This document shows, piece by piece, positions 17,494 to 26,068 of a DNA stretch of 64,000 bases (its first letter is position 1; each line of letters begins with the position of its first letter). A program made the position numbers and the translations under genes. Origin of the DNA: Myxococcales bacterium (GTDB lineage: Bacteria; Myxococcota_A; Polyangia; Polyangiales; Houyiibacteriaceae); the NCBI GenBank assembly GCA_029862185.1, contig JAOTXX010000008.1, positions 8,909 to 72,908 of the forward strand, read 5' to 3'. Under the pieces are notes generated by a model. That model was not told the DNA's origin, did not search any database, and worked only from the letters and a program-made list of their open reading frames with translations.

Positions 17494-18324
17494 TCAGAAG
17501 AACTCGATGTCGCAATTCAACAGAAGACAGGGCGTCGCGGTTTCGGTTCCGGGGACGTTGTTCTCGACTTTGATTCTGACGTACGTGTTGCCGTCGCCAG
17601 GTGTGTACCGAACGTAGTCCAGTCGATTCAGAGGGTCTGCCCGCAGCTCAAGCTGGACCACGTGCGGGCCCGGGTCTGCGACGGTTTCGACGCGGAGGTC
17701 GCACTCGACCGTTTCGTTCCCGCCCGTCACCACGAAACAAGAACCGCCCGGGATGCCCGAGCTTTCGTTGAAAATAGTCGCGGTCAGCTCCCTGGTATCC
17801 GGATCGACGCCCACGGTGACGGTCACAATATCGTCGGGGCTGGCGTTCGGGGAGGAGATACTCAGCGGCCCCATGATGGTGGGCTCGCCTTCGATGACCA
17901 TCTCGAAGCAAGAGCCGGAGCCGCCGCCGCTGCCACCCGTTCCTGCGGTGCCGCCGCTGCCAGCCGTGCCACCCGTTCCGCCGGTTCCGCCCGTGCCACC
18001 CGTTCCGCCGCTACCAGCCGTGCCACCCGTTCCAGCGGTGCCGCCGCTACCAGCCGTTCCGCCGGTTCCGCTTGTGCCACCCGTGCCGCCGTTTTCGAGA
18101 GGCTTGGAGCAGACGCCTTCTGCTCCGGCAATAGCGGGTTCGCCGGAATCTAGAAGACAAACGAAGCCCGCCGCTTGGTCGCACTGCTGATCGCTGACGC
18201 ATTTGACCAGGTTGTCGCCGTTGTATTGGCAAGTGCCACTGGGCACGGGACATGTCGCCGGATCGTCACCACAACCCATGACGCCCAGCGCCAGCGCGCA
18301 AACCAAACTCAGCAAGTACTGCAT
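17494..18324 (-). CDS. Lipoprotein with Cys-rich N-domain, Gly/Thr linker and Ig-like C-domain
   Basis: GGGAGG-ttgtg-ATG, MQYLLSLVCALALGVMG-C lipobox. Confidence 0.8.
   Translation of the reverse strand: MQYLLSLVCALALGVMGCGDDPATCPVPSGTCQYNGDNLVKCVSDQQCDQAAGFVCLLDSGEPAIAGAEGVCSKPLENGGTGGTSGTGGTAGSGGTAGTGGTAGSGGTGGTGGTGGTGGTAGSGGTAGTGGSGGGSGSCFEMVIEGEPTIMGPLSISSPNASPDDIVTVTVGVDPDTRELTATIFNESSGIPGGSCFVVTGGNETVECDLRVETVADPGPHVVQLELRADPLNRLDYVRYTPGDGNTYVRIKVENNVPGTETATPCLLLNCDIEFF
17914..18090 (-). repeat. Coding low-complexity tandem repeat (GGT/GGTAGS/GGTAGT)n
   Basis: 9- and 18-nt units such as GCCACCCGT / TCCGCCGGT encoding a Gly/Thr/Ser linker. Confidence 0.85.
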
Positions 18325-18438
18325 CACAACCTCCCCCGGCGCAGCACGCCAGTGAGTCAGGCACGACTGGGTGCATCAGCCATGCCAAGCGGAGGCGCCG
18401 AGATTGCAGCGAAATCCGCGACGGCGAGGCGCAGCTTC

Positions 18439-18470
18439 TGCGTTTGGGGGCGTGGGGCGCAGCGGGTGCG
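18439..18470 (-). repeat. 32-bp cassette repeat, copy 3
   Basis: Minus strand CGCACCCGCTGCGCCCCACGCCCCCAAACGCA, upstream of lipoprotein 18324. Confidence 0.8.
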
Positions 18471-18551
18471 CTGAGGGCGCGCTGAGAGCCCTTTACGGAT
18501 CGCCCGGAGCGGTGCGACGTTGCCCGCAACCCAAACCAAGGAGCGCTCGAG

Positions 18552-18821
18552 ATGAAGAAGATGGTTGCAGTTGGTCTTATCGGCCTCGGACTCGCAGTAG
18601 GTCTGGTCATTCCAGGAGTCTTTGCCCAATCCCCGCAGGGCGAGGTTCAGAAGTGGGAGCAGTTTTGCGAAGTGCCTCCGGCAAGAGGCGGGTATGAGAA
18701 AGCCACCAAGATGATGAGTGAGAGTGTGGCGGCTCACGGAAAGTCCGGATACCAACTCGTCGGTGCCGCACCATGGGACGGCAATATTTGGCTCCTCTGC
18801 TACCGCCGACCGGCGCGTTAG
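18552..18821 (+). CDS. Small secreted protein (DUF4177-like: WEQFC ... GYQLVG ... LCYRRP)
   Basis: Signal peptide ending VFA-Q; AGGAG upstream. Confidence 0.65.
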   Translation: MKKMVAVGLIGLGLAVGLVIPGVFAQSPQGEVQKWEQFCEVPPARGGYEKATKMMSESVAAHGKSGYQLVGAAPWDGNIWLLCYRRPAR

Positions 18822-18920
18822 CGGGCTGAGATCTAGGGTCGCGAATTTGCTGAATCGTAGGGGCACGGCCGCCCCGCCCCGGCCCATATTCCTCTAATGG
18901 GGGGTAGAGGTCGGCTATGA

Positions 18921-18960
18921 AAGCCGATGGTCGGGGGTTCGAATCCCTCCAGGCGCGCCA
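18921..18960 (+). repeat. attR-like tRNA-Arg 3' fragment ending in CCA
   Basis: 39 bp identical to 13149-13187, plus A giving a CCA end. Confidence 0.93.
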
Positions 18961-18975
18961 TGGGTGGTCGCCGGC

Positions 18976-21210
18976 TCAGGAGCGGCGGCTGATCATGAGC
19001 GTGGCGGCTTCGGTTCTTCTCGCGACGCGCAGAGCCAGCTCGCTGAAGAGGCGCTTGCCGCGCTGGTGGCGGAGGCCAAGGATGATGAGGTCGTTGGGGC
19101 CTGCTTCCTGCGCGAGCGCTTCGACGATGTCGGTCGACTCGAGGAGCTTGGCGTCGGGGGCGCCGTAGGTTTCTTCTTTGGCGAACACGCGCAGCTCCCG
19201 TTCGAGCTGAAGCTTGTTGGACCTCGGCAGACTTTGCTTCGTGGCCTGGACGAAGCGCACGCTCTTGAGCCCTGCACGGCCAAGGCTCCCGAGGAGGCGA
19301 GCGCGGAGCGCGTCGTGACCTCCGCGGCCGCCCACGGGGACGATGATCTTCGTGTCGGCGTTGATCGACCAGTCCTTGGGAGCGCGCAAGACGACCACAT
19401 CGCAGTCGACGGCGTTCAACAGCTGCTCGATGTGGGCTACGTTGCTGTGCTCCTCGAGTGAAGAGAAGCCGATGAGGAGGCTCTCGCAGTCGCGAGTCTG
19501 CGCGATTCGCGCGATTTCTTTCCAGGGGTCGGTCGCGATCGTCATGAGGGCCTCGGGTGCGTGCCCTGCTGTGAGCGATGCGGCCATGGCTTGCTCGACG
19601 ACGTGCTGTGCGTCACCCAGTGCTTTGGTCGTCTCCGCCTCGGCCGCTGCGAAGTCCGCGGGGCGGCGAACGACGGTGAGGAGAAGGACCCGGCCTACGA
19701 TTGGAATGGCGAGAGCGTTGGCGAGTGTGACCATGCCAACGGCGCTCGTAGGATTGGCGACCGGCACCAGGACGAGCGGGCTTCGGCCTCGCAGCACACC
19801 GAGATGGGGGTCTCGCGCTTCGGCGAAGGCATCCACCGCCTGGGCGCGACCTTTGAACAAACCGAAGTAGAGAATCACGCCGAGGCCTAGCCAGACGACC
19901 GCGATGGCGCCGGCAGCGGGGACGGCGAACGCTTGGTACAAGGCGAGCAGCGAACAGGCCAGACCCCCGATCACTGGAATCGCAGGAAACCAAGGGGTTC
20001 GAAACGGAGCCTTCACCCGGGACCGCTGGCGCGCCAACAAGTTCGTCCAGTGGACGAGCGCGAACGAAATCAGAAAGATGAGGCTCGCGGCTGCGCCCGC
20101 GGATGAAACCGAAGGCACCATTAAGAGGATGAACGCCATCGCCAGTGCGGTGGCGTAGATCGCCATGACTGGCGTGCCTCGAGTTTGGTGGCGCTCTTGA
20201 AGAACCCGAGGGAGGGTCCGGTCGGTCGCCATTTGCAGGGAAATGCGGCTTGCTGCGAGCACATTGGCCGAAAGCGCCGAGAGGGTGGAGAGCAACGCAG
20301 CGACGACCACCAACCAATACCCGAGCGGGCCGGCGAAGTTGAACGCGGCATCGGCCATGACGGTGGCGGGGCGTTCGCTGCTCATTTGGCCGATGCTTTC
20401 GCCTGGCGAAACGCCCACCGTAGAGATGAGAAAAAGCAGCGGTATGTAGACGGCCAACGCGATTCCCAAAGACATCAGCATGGCACGCGGAATGTTTCGT
20501 TCGGGCTTCTTCACCTCGCCGCCGACGGTGGCGATCAGGTCGAAGCCTTGAAGGGCGATGAAGGTGAAGCCCATTGCGGTGAAGAGCCCGCCTGTCCCGT
20601 GCTCGAAGAAGGGAGTGAGGCCGCCTTCGACCGTGCCTGAAGGGGCGCCGACGAGCGCCCAGACCGCCAAGAGGATCAGCACGCCGAAGACGACCAGCTT
20701 GCCGACCGTTTCCCACTGACCCCCGCCTTCGCTCTTTCGAACCAGCATGAGGCTGTATGCCGCGGTCGCGAGCACCGCGAGGCCGAGCACCGTGGAACGG
20801 CTGCGCAACCATGGGGGTTGCTCGGCTCCGAATGCGTTCCAAATTTCGCCCAGCGCCAGCACGGCGTACTCCGCAAAGCCCAGGGCGTACAAGACGCCCG
20901 CGACAATGTACGCAAACCAGAGCACCCAGCCCACGACAAATGCGGCCCGCACGGTAAGGACCTTCTTTGCAAACGTGTAGGCGCCCCCAGACTCGGGAAA
21001 CATCGACGACATCTCGGCGAAGCTCAGGGCGGTGATGACGGCCACAACGCCATTGAGCGCGAACGCCAAAATGGCGCTCGGCCCGGTGGCCTGAAACGCA
21101 GCCCCGGCGAGGACGAGGATGCCGCCGCCGACGATGGCCCCAACGCCTACGCCGATCGCTTGGATCGGACCAAGACGCCGCGTCTCCCCTCCCTTTGATG
21201 CCGCCGACAC
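18976..21210 (-). CDS. APC-family amino acid permease with C-terminal universal-stress (USP)-like domains
   Basis: GVGAIVGGGI TM1, PESGGAY, QGFDLIATVGGEVKKP; C-terminal VLVPVANP ... VDCDVVVLR ... IIVPVGG. Confidence 0.9.
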   Translation of the reverse strand: MSAASKGGETRRLGPIQAIGVGVGAIVGGGILVLAGAAFQATGPSAILAFALNGVVAVITALSFAEMSSMFPESGGAYTFAKKVLTVRAAFVVGWVLWFAYIVAGVLYALGFAEYAVLALGEIWNAFGAEQPPWLRSRSTVLGLAVLATAAYSLMLVRKSEGGGQWETVGKLVVFGVLILLAVWALVGAPSGTVEGGLTPFFEHGTGGLFTAMGFTFIALQGFDLIATVGGEVKKPERNIPRAMLMSLGIALAVYIPLLFLISTVGVSPGESIGQMSSERPATVMADAAFNFAGPLGYWLVVVAALLSTLSALSANVLAASRISLQMATDRTLPRVLQERHQTRGTPVMAIYATALAMAFILLMVPSVSSAGAAASLIFLISFALVHWTNLLARQRSRVKAPFRTPWFPAIPVIGGLACSLLALYQAFAVPAAGAIAVVWLGLGVILYFGLFKGRAQAVDAFAEARDPHLGVLRGRSPLVLVPVANPTSAVGMVTLANALAIPIVGRVLLLTVVRRPADFAAAEAETTKALGDAQHVVEQAMAASLTAGHAPEALMTIATDPWKEIARIAQTRDCESLLIGFSSLEEHSNVAHIEQLLNAVDCDVVVLRAPKDWSINADTKIIVPVGGRGGHDALRARLLGSLGRAGLKSVRFVQATKQSLPRSNKLQLERELRVFAKEETYGAPDAKLLESTDIVEALAQEAGPNDLIILGLRHQRGKRLFSELALRVARRTEAATLMISRRS

Positions 21211-21280
21211 TGGGGCGAAGATTAGGCGGGGGTGGAGGCAACGCCAAATTGAAAGAGCTCGTTTCTTGGGAAGGTCGGAG

Positions 21281-21331
21281 CACGTTCACAGGCACGTTCA
21301 CTGGCACTGACACTGCCGCTGACGCTGACGC
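21281..21331 (-). repeat. Degenerate hexamer tract (CGTCAG/TGTCAG/TGAACG)n
   Basis: Minus strand cgtcag cgtcag cggcag tgtcag tgccag tgaacg tgcctg tgaacg tg; a similar tract lies at about 11625-11656 (+). Confidence 0.6.
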
Positions 21332-21601
21332 GGATGTGGTGGGGGGCGGGTGGCGCCGTGCGGCTTGTGCTGCCGCGTGTGTTGGGGGGCGGAGTGTTGG
21401 ACTGGTTGTGTGGTGAGGTTTGATTGAACCGCCCCGCCCACCCCCACCCGTAATCCTCCCTGGCGCGGCGGTCGCTTTGCTCTGCCTTGCCGGCGCGTAC
21501 GCGCCGGGCTTCGCCCTTCGGGCTCGCGCTGCCGCGCATGGCTCGGGGCGGTCTTTTGGAACGTGTCTGGATGGCTCCGTACGGAGGAACGCGGTTCGAC
21601 A

Positions 21602-21810
21602 TGTCTCCGTATGGAGGGGCGCGGAAAAAGGCGCGATATGGGGCGGAGTCGACGTGTGAGTGACAATCGGCAAGACAGCAACCACCCCCGATTGGCGCGA
21701 GCTCCGAGGGGCGCCTTGCGTGGCCCCAGGCCCCAAGCCCCTCCGGCCACCTTTGCAAGGCGCCCCGTTCGACGCAGCCCCGTGTCGCGCCTCTTTCCGC
21801 GCCCCGGTAC
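21602..21810 (-). repeat. Structured intergenic repeat, copy 2
   Basis: Terminal stem 21805-21785/21636-21616 and 12-bp inner stem GGGGCGCCTTGC/GCAAGGCGCCCC; same 44-nt core as copy 1; begins 5 nt after the RND stop codon. Confidence 0.85.
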
Positions 21811-21815
21811 GTCCG

Positions 21816-24800
21816 CTAGTCACCCGCGTAGACGAAGTCTTTGAAGCGGACGCGGTACAAGAGGGAGTAGAGCAACGGGACGAAGCCGAGCGTGAGGAAT
21901 GTGGAGAAGAGGAGGCCGGCCATGATCGCCACCGCCATGGGCTGGAACATTTCTTCGCCGCCCACGTAGAGCGGAATCAAGCTGCTGATCGTCGTTGCGG
22001 TGGTCAGCATGATCGGGCGGAAGCGCTGCTGTGCCGCTTGAATGACGGCCTGGGGTGGACTCAGGCCGTTCTCGGTCATTTCGATGTCGATGCGATCGAT
22101 CAGGACGATTCCGTTGTTGACGACGATGCCAGCCAACGAGACGATGCCGAGGAGGGTCATGAAGCCGAAGTAGCCGCCAGGCAGGCCTGACCAGTGGACG
22201 GCGAGCAGGCCGATCGCAACGCCTACGAGCGCAAAGAGGATTGTGGCCAGGACGATGGCGGGTTTGCGCAGTGAGTTGAACTGCCAGACGAGCAACATGA
22301 GAATTACCATGCCGGCGATCGGCAGCTTGGCTGCAATGGACGCGTTGGCATCGCCGGAGCCTTCGACTTCGCCGCCTAGCTCGTAGCGGTAACCGATGCC
22401 CCAGGTCTGCTTCTGTTCTTCGAGCCAGGGGGTCAGCTCGGCAATGACGTCGAAGGGTGTCACGCCAGCTGCGGTGTCGCTGTCGACGGTCACCGTGGGG
22501 TAGAGGTCGCGCCTCAAGATTTCGGATGCCTCCCATTCGAGCTTGCCGCTCGCCACCTGCGTAAGCGGAACCGAGCTGCCGTCTTGTGCAAAGACACTCA
22601 GCGTCGCGAGCCGGTCGATGTTGCGTCGGCCTTCGGCGACCGACCGCAAAACGACCGGAATGGTTTTGTCGTCTTCTCGATAGCGGGTGGTTTCATAACC
22701 ACTCAGGAAGGTTTGAAGAGACGTCGCGACGTCTTCGTTGGTGATGCCGGCGCGACGCGCGCGGTCGCCGCTCACTTCGATGAGCAGCTTTTTGACCTTC
22801 GGACCCCAGTCGTCGCCGACATTGCGTGTGTCCGGGCGGTCGTTGAGCCATTGCTTCACCTGGTCGGCAATCTCGAAAACCGTGTCGACATCCTTCCCCG
22901 AGATCCGGACCTCGATTGGCTTTGTCACCGGCGGGCCGTTGCCGAGCGGCCGTATGTGAGGGCGAATATCGGGGTATCGCTCGGTCATGTAGCGCTCGAG
23001 CTTCTCCATCACCTCGGGGACGACGTCGGCCGTCGATGTGTGAAACATGGTCTCCGAGTAGCGAGGCCTGGGGGCGTCCGGGTTGTATGTGAGGGTGAAG
23101 CGCGGGGGGCTCATGCTGATGAAGGAGGCCCAGTGGGTTACGCCTTCTTTGCTTTCGTCGCCGCCAAGCTCGCTCTCGATGAACGAGTCCATGTCTTTGA
23201 TCATCGCCTCGGTCGTCCCGATCGAGGTGCCCGGGGGGAAGGTGAGCTCTGCCACGAAGAAGTTGCTGGCTTGTTGGGGGAAGAAGAGCGCTGGAACCAG
23301 CGAGAAGAGCTTCATGCCTCCGTAGAAACCAGCCGCCGCGATCGCAATGCTGAGAATGGGGTGGCGGAGAACCGCGAGAATGCTCCTCCGGTAGAAGCGA
23401 TAGAACCGCGAGTTGAATGGCTCTTCGACCTTCTTCGGCTTGAGGAACTTCACGCAGAGAACCGGAATCATGGTGAGCGCGAGGACCCAAGAGACCAGCA
23501 AGGTGATGGTCACGACGGAGAAAAGCACGCCGGTGTATTCGCCGACGGCGGATTCGGCGAGCCGGATCGGGAGGAACGCGGCGGCTGTGGTGAGTGAAGC
23601 GATCAAGAGCGGGACTCTGAGCTCCTTGGTCGCCGCGAGCGCGGCAGGGACTCCATCTTCGCCCTCGGCCATCCGCACCATGATCGACTCCGAGACCACG
23701 ATCGCATTGTCGACCAGCAAGCCGAGCGCGATGATTAGGCCCGCAAGCGACATCTGATCGAGTTGGATGCCGAAGAGGCTCATGACCCACATCGCGATGA
23801 TCATCGTCGCCGGCACTAGCGTCGCCACCACGAAGCCGGTTCGTAGACCCAGGGTCAGCAGCATGATCAAGAGAACGATCACGACGGCCTGAAAGACACT
23901 ATCGACGAAATCGCCGACCTTCTTTTCGACGATGGTCGGCTGGAAGTAGGTCTTATAGAAGTCGACGCCGTGGGGGTATTGCTCTTGGATGAACTGGAAG
24001 AACCCCTCGAGCCGTTCTCCGAGTTGAATCAGGTTTCCCCCTTCGGCCATGGAGATCGCGAGCGTCAGGCCAGGGTGGCCGTCGATGCGAACGAGCCCTT
24101 CGGGCGGGTCGACGTAGTCACGGTAAATGTCGACGATGTCTTCCAAGTAGACGAGCTCGTCGTTCGTCGGCAGACGGATCACCGTTCGCTTGAGCTCATC
24201 GACCGAGGCGAAGTTCCCGCTAGGCTCGAGCGCAATCGATTCTTGTTCGACGTCGATTTCCCCGCCGGGCTGAATGATGTTGCGTTGCTGGAGGTTGTCC
24301 TTGAGAAACTTGGGCGTCATCCCGAGCTTGCTCAGCACGGCATTGTTGTACTCGACGAAGAGACGCTCTTCCTGGGCGCCGAGAATGTCGACTTTGGCGA
24401 CCGATTCAACGCGCAAGAGCTCGTCGCGAAGGTCGTCGGCAATGTCTTTGAGCTGCATGTACGAGAAGCCGTCGCCGGTCATGCTGAACATGATCGGGTA
24501 CACATCCCCGAACTCGTCGTTGACATTCGGTCCGATGATGCCCTCCGGCAAGTTCGGCGCGACAGCATCGACTTTGCGCCTCAGGTCGTCCCAGATGGGA
24601 CGCATCTCCTTGAACTCCTCGCGGATGTTCACATAGATGACCGAAACGCCCGTCCGGCTTTCACTGTTGACGAAGTCGAGCTCGGGGATCTCCTGGACGG
24701 CTTTCTCGATGGGGTCGGTGATCAGCTGCTCGACGCGCGCCGGACTGGCGCCCGGGAAATTGGTCGTGATCATCGCGGTCCGGATGATGAAACCGGGATC

Positions 24801-24908
24801 CATTTGGCGGGGTGCGTTCACATAGGCCCCGACGCCGGCGAAAATGAGAACGGCGATCAGCGTGCCCGTGACCGTGCGCCGCTCTAATGCGAACTCGGTG
24901 AGGCTCAT
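21816..24908 (-). CDS. RND efflux permease (AcrB/AcrD/AcrF family)
   Basis: 1030 aa, two large periplasmic loops, GLLVDNAIVV, QRFRPIMLTTAT. Confidence 0.93.
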   Translation of the reverse strand: MSLTEFALERRTVTGTLIAVLIFAGVGAYVNAPRQMDPGFIIRTAMITTNFPGASPARVEQLITDPIEKAVQEIPELDFVNSESRTGVSVIYVNIREEFKEMRPIWDDLRRKVDAVAPNLPEGIIGPNVNDEFGDVYPIMFSMTGDGFSYMQLKDIADDLRDELLRVESVAKVDILGAQEERLFVEYNNAVLSKLGMTPKFLKDNLQQRNIIQPGGEIDVEQESIALEPSGNFASVDELKRTVIRLPTNDELVYLEDIVDIYRDYVDPPEGLVRIDGHPGLTLAISMAEGGNLIQLGERLEGFFQFIQEQYPHGVDFYKTYFQPTIVEKKVGDFVDSVFQAVVIVLLIMLLTLGLRTGFVVATLVPATMIIAMWVMSLFGIQLDQMSLAGLIIALGLLVDNAIVVSESIMVRMAEGEDGVPAALAATKELRVPLLIASLTTAAAFLPIRLAESAVGEYTGVLFSVVTITLLVSWVLALTMIPVLCVKFLKPKKVEEPFNSRFYRFYRRSILAVLRHPILSIAIAAAGFYGGMKLFSLVPALFFPQQASNFFVAELTFPPGTSIGTTEAMIKDMDSFIESELGGDESKEGVTHWASFISMSPPRFTLTYNPDAPRPRYSETMFHTSTADVVPEVMEKLERYMTERYPDIRPHIRPLGNGPPVTKPIEVRISGKDVDTVFEIADQVKQWLNDRPDTRNVGDDWGPKVKKLLIEVSGDRARRAGITNEDVATSLQTFLSGYETTRYREDDKTIPVVLRSVAEGRRNIDRLATLSVFAQDGSSVPLTQVASGKLEWEASEILRRDLYPTVTVDSDTAAGVTPFDVIAELTPWLEEQKQTWGIGYRYELGGEVEGSGDANASIAAKLPIAGMVILMLLVWQFNSLRKPAIVLATILFALVGVAIGLLAVHWSGLPGGYFGFMTLLGIVSLAGIVVNNGIVLIDRIDIEMTENGLSPPQAVIQAAQQRFRPIMLTTATTISSLIPLYVGGEEMFQPMAVAIMAGLLFSTFLTLGFVPLLYSLLYRVRFKDFVYAGD

Positions 24909-26068
24909 GGCGTCTCGGGGGGTTCGACGGGCGCCTGCTGGCCCGGACCGGGGGGCGCGATGTTATCAGGCTCCGACCCAGGCTTCGGTGGAAGCCGAAC
25001 TTGCAGGCCGTCGTAGATGCGGCTGACGCCCGCGGTGACCACCAGGTCGCCGGGCTCGACGCCGGAGTTGATCTCGACGCCATTCGAGAGCAGCTGACCG
25101 ACCTCGACAGGGCTCCGATGCACGATGCCGAGCGCGTCGTCGTCGGTTCGTTCGACCTTGAACACGAAGCGGCCGCTGCGATCTTCGCCGAGCGCACTCG
25201 TTGGGAGGGCATACTTGGGGCCGTCCTTTGCGTCGGGCAATACGAAGGTCACGTCGGCCGCCATGCCGGCTCGAACGAGATCTTGTCCCTCGGTGAGCCG
25301 GACGGTGACGGGAAACGTCGTGGCACCTGCGACGCTCGCCACCCCGACTTCGGTAACCGTGCCTTCGAGCTCCCTGCCATCGAGCGAATCGAAGCGGGCT
25401 TGCGCTTTGGCGCCCCTTTCGATGCTACGGATGATCGATGCCGGGACAGAGACCCTGACTTCGATTTGCTCGCCTGCAAGCAGCGTGGCGACGAGCATCC
25501 CGGCCTGAACGTATTCATTGACCTCGATGTCGACCGTCGCGATCGTCCCCGGCTCCGGCGCCTTCAAATGGGTGTAGCCGAGCTGGCGCTGACGAAGGCG
25601 GATCTGCTGGTTGGCCGATTCGAGGCCTGCGCGTGCGGACTCGTAGGCGGTGCGGTCGGCGTCGAGATCTTGTTTCGAGGCGTTCTGGTTTTCGTACAGC
25701 GCACGAGTTCGCTCGTAGGTCGCTTTGGCGTTGCGCTCCTGCGCGCGAGCCTGCGCCGCGGAGGCCTGCGCGTTTTGAAGCTGCAGCGCGAAATCGGCCG
25801 GGTCCATTCGCGCAATCGTCTGGCCCTTCTTTACGACGTCACCGACGTTGATCGGCACACTCAGGACTTGGCCCGAAACCTGGAAGCTGAGCCGGCTTTC
25901 CTGCCCGGCCTTTGCGACGCCGGAGTACGTTCGCTGGGTCGCCGCGTCGCTGCCTTCGACTACGACGTATCGAACGGGCCGGATGATTTCCGGGTCATCC
26001 AGCGTCTCTTCGCACCCAAGCAGTGCGAATGCGGCAGTCAACGCGAGAAGAGTTACTGTCTTTGCCAT
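24905..26068 (-). CDS. RND membrane fusion protein (lipoprotein)
   Basis: Lipobox ALLG-C, LSFQVSGQV, HLKAPEPGTI, GDLVVTAG; ATGA overlap with the permease. Confidence 0.92.
   Translation of the reverse strand: MAKTVTLLALTAAFALLGCEETLDDPEIIRPVRYVVVEGSDAATQRTYSGVAKAGQESRLSFQVSGQVLSVPINVGDVVKKGQTIARMDPADFALQLQNAQASAAQARAQERNAKATYERTRALYENQNASKQDLDADRTAYESARAGLESANQQIRLRQRQLGYTHLKAPEPGTIATVDIEVNEYVQAGMLVATLLAGEQIEVRVSVPASIIRSIERGAKAQARFDSLDGRELEGTVTEVGVASVAGATTFPVTVRLTEGQDLVRAGMAADVTFVLPDAKDGPKYALPTSALGEDRSGRFVFKVERTDDDALGIVHRSPVEVGQLLSNGVEINSGVEPGDLVVTAGVSRIYDGLQVRLPPKPGSEPDNIAPPGPGQQAPVEPPETP

Larger units (their letters stand above)
13149..18960. mobile_element. tRNA-Arg-integrated genomic islet (about 5.7 kb cargo) lacking a recognisable integrase
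   Basis: Bounded by the 39-bp tRNA 3' direct repeats; contains only hypothetical, exported and lipoprotein genes. Confidence 0.85.

Noticed and set aside
17452-17496. UGA of the 17494-18324 gene followed by an in-frame tail and a GCGACG...CGTCGC hairpin, as possible selenocysteine read-through
   Set aside because: The context (EFF-stop-AT) is not a redox motif, and the same tail occurs out of frame after the next gene, so a recombination remnant explains it better.
13964-18470. 32-bp repeats as a possible CRISPR array
   Set aside because: Only three copies, kilobases apart, in both orientations, with genes between them and no cas genes.
13188-18920. Diversity-generating retroelement or retron explanation for the variable lipoproteins
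   Set aside because: No reverse transcriptase, and no template/variable repeat pair differing at adenines.
19613-21823. 736-aa minus-strand ORF and other very long alternative-frame or antisense ORFs (e.g. 40490-42820 +, 50592-52496 +, 60987-62831 -, 33843-35498 -)
   Set aside because: They overlap well-supported genes, are Arg/Ala/Gly-rich with no motifs, and are expected shadows of high-GC3 coding sequence.
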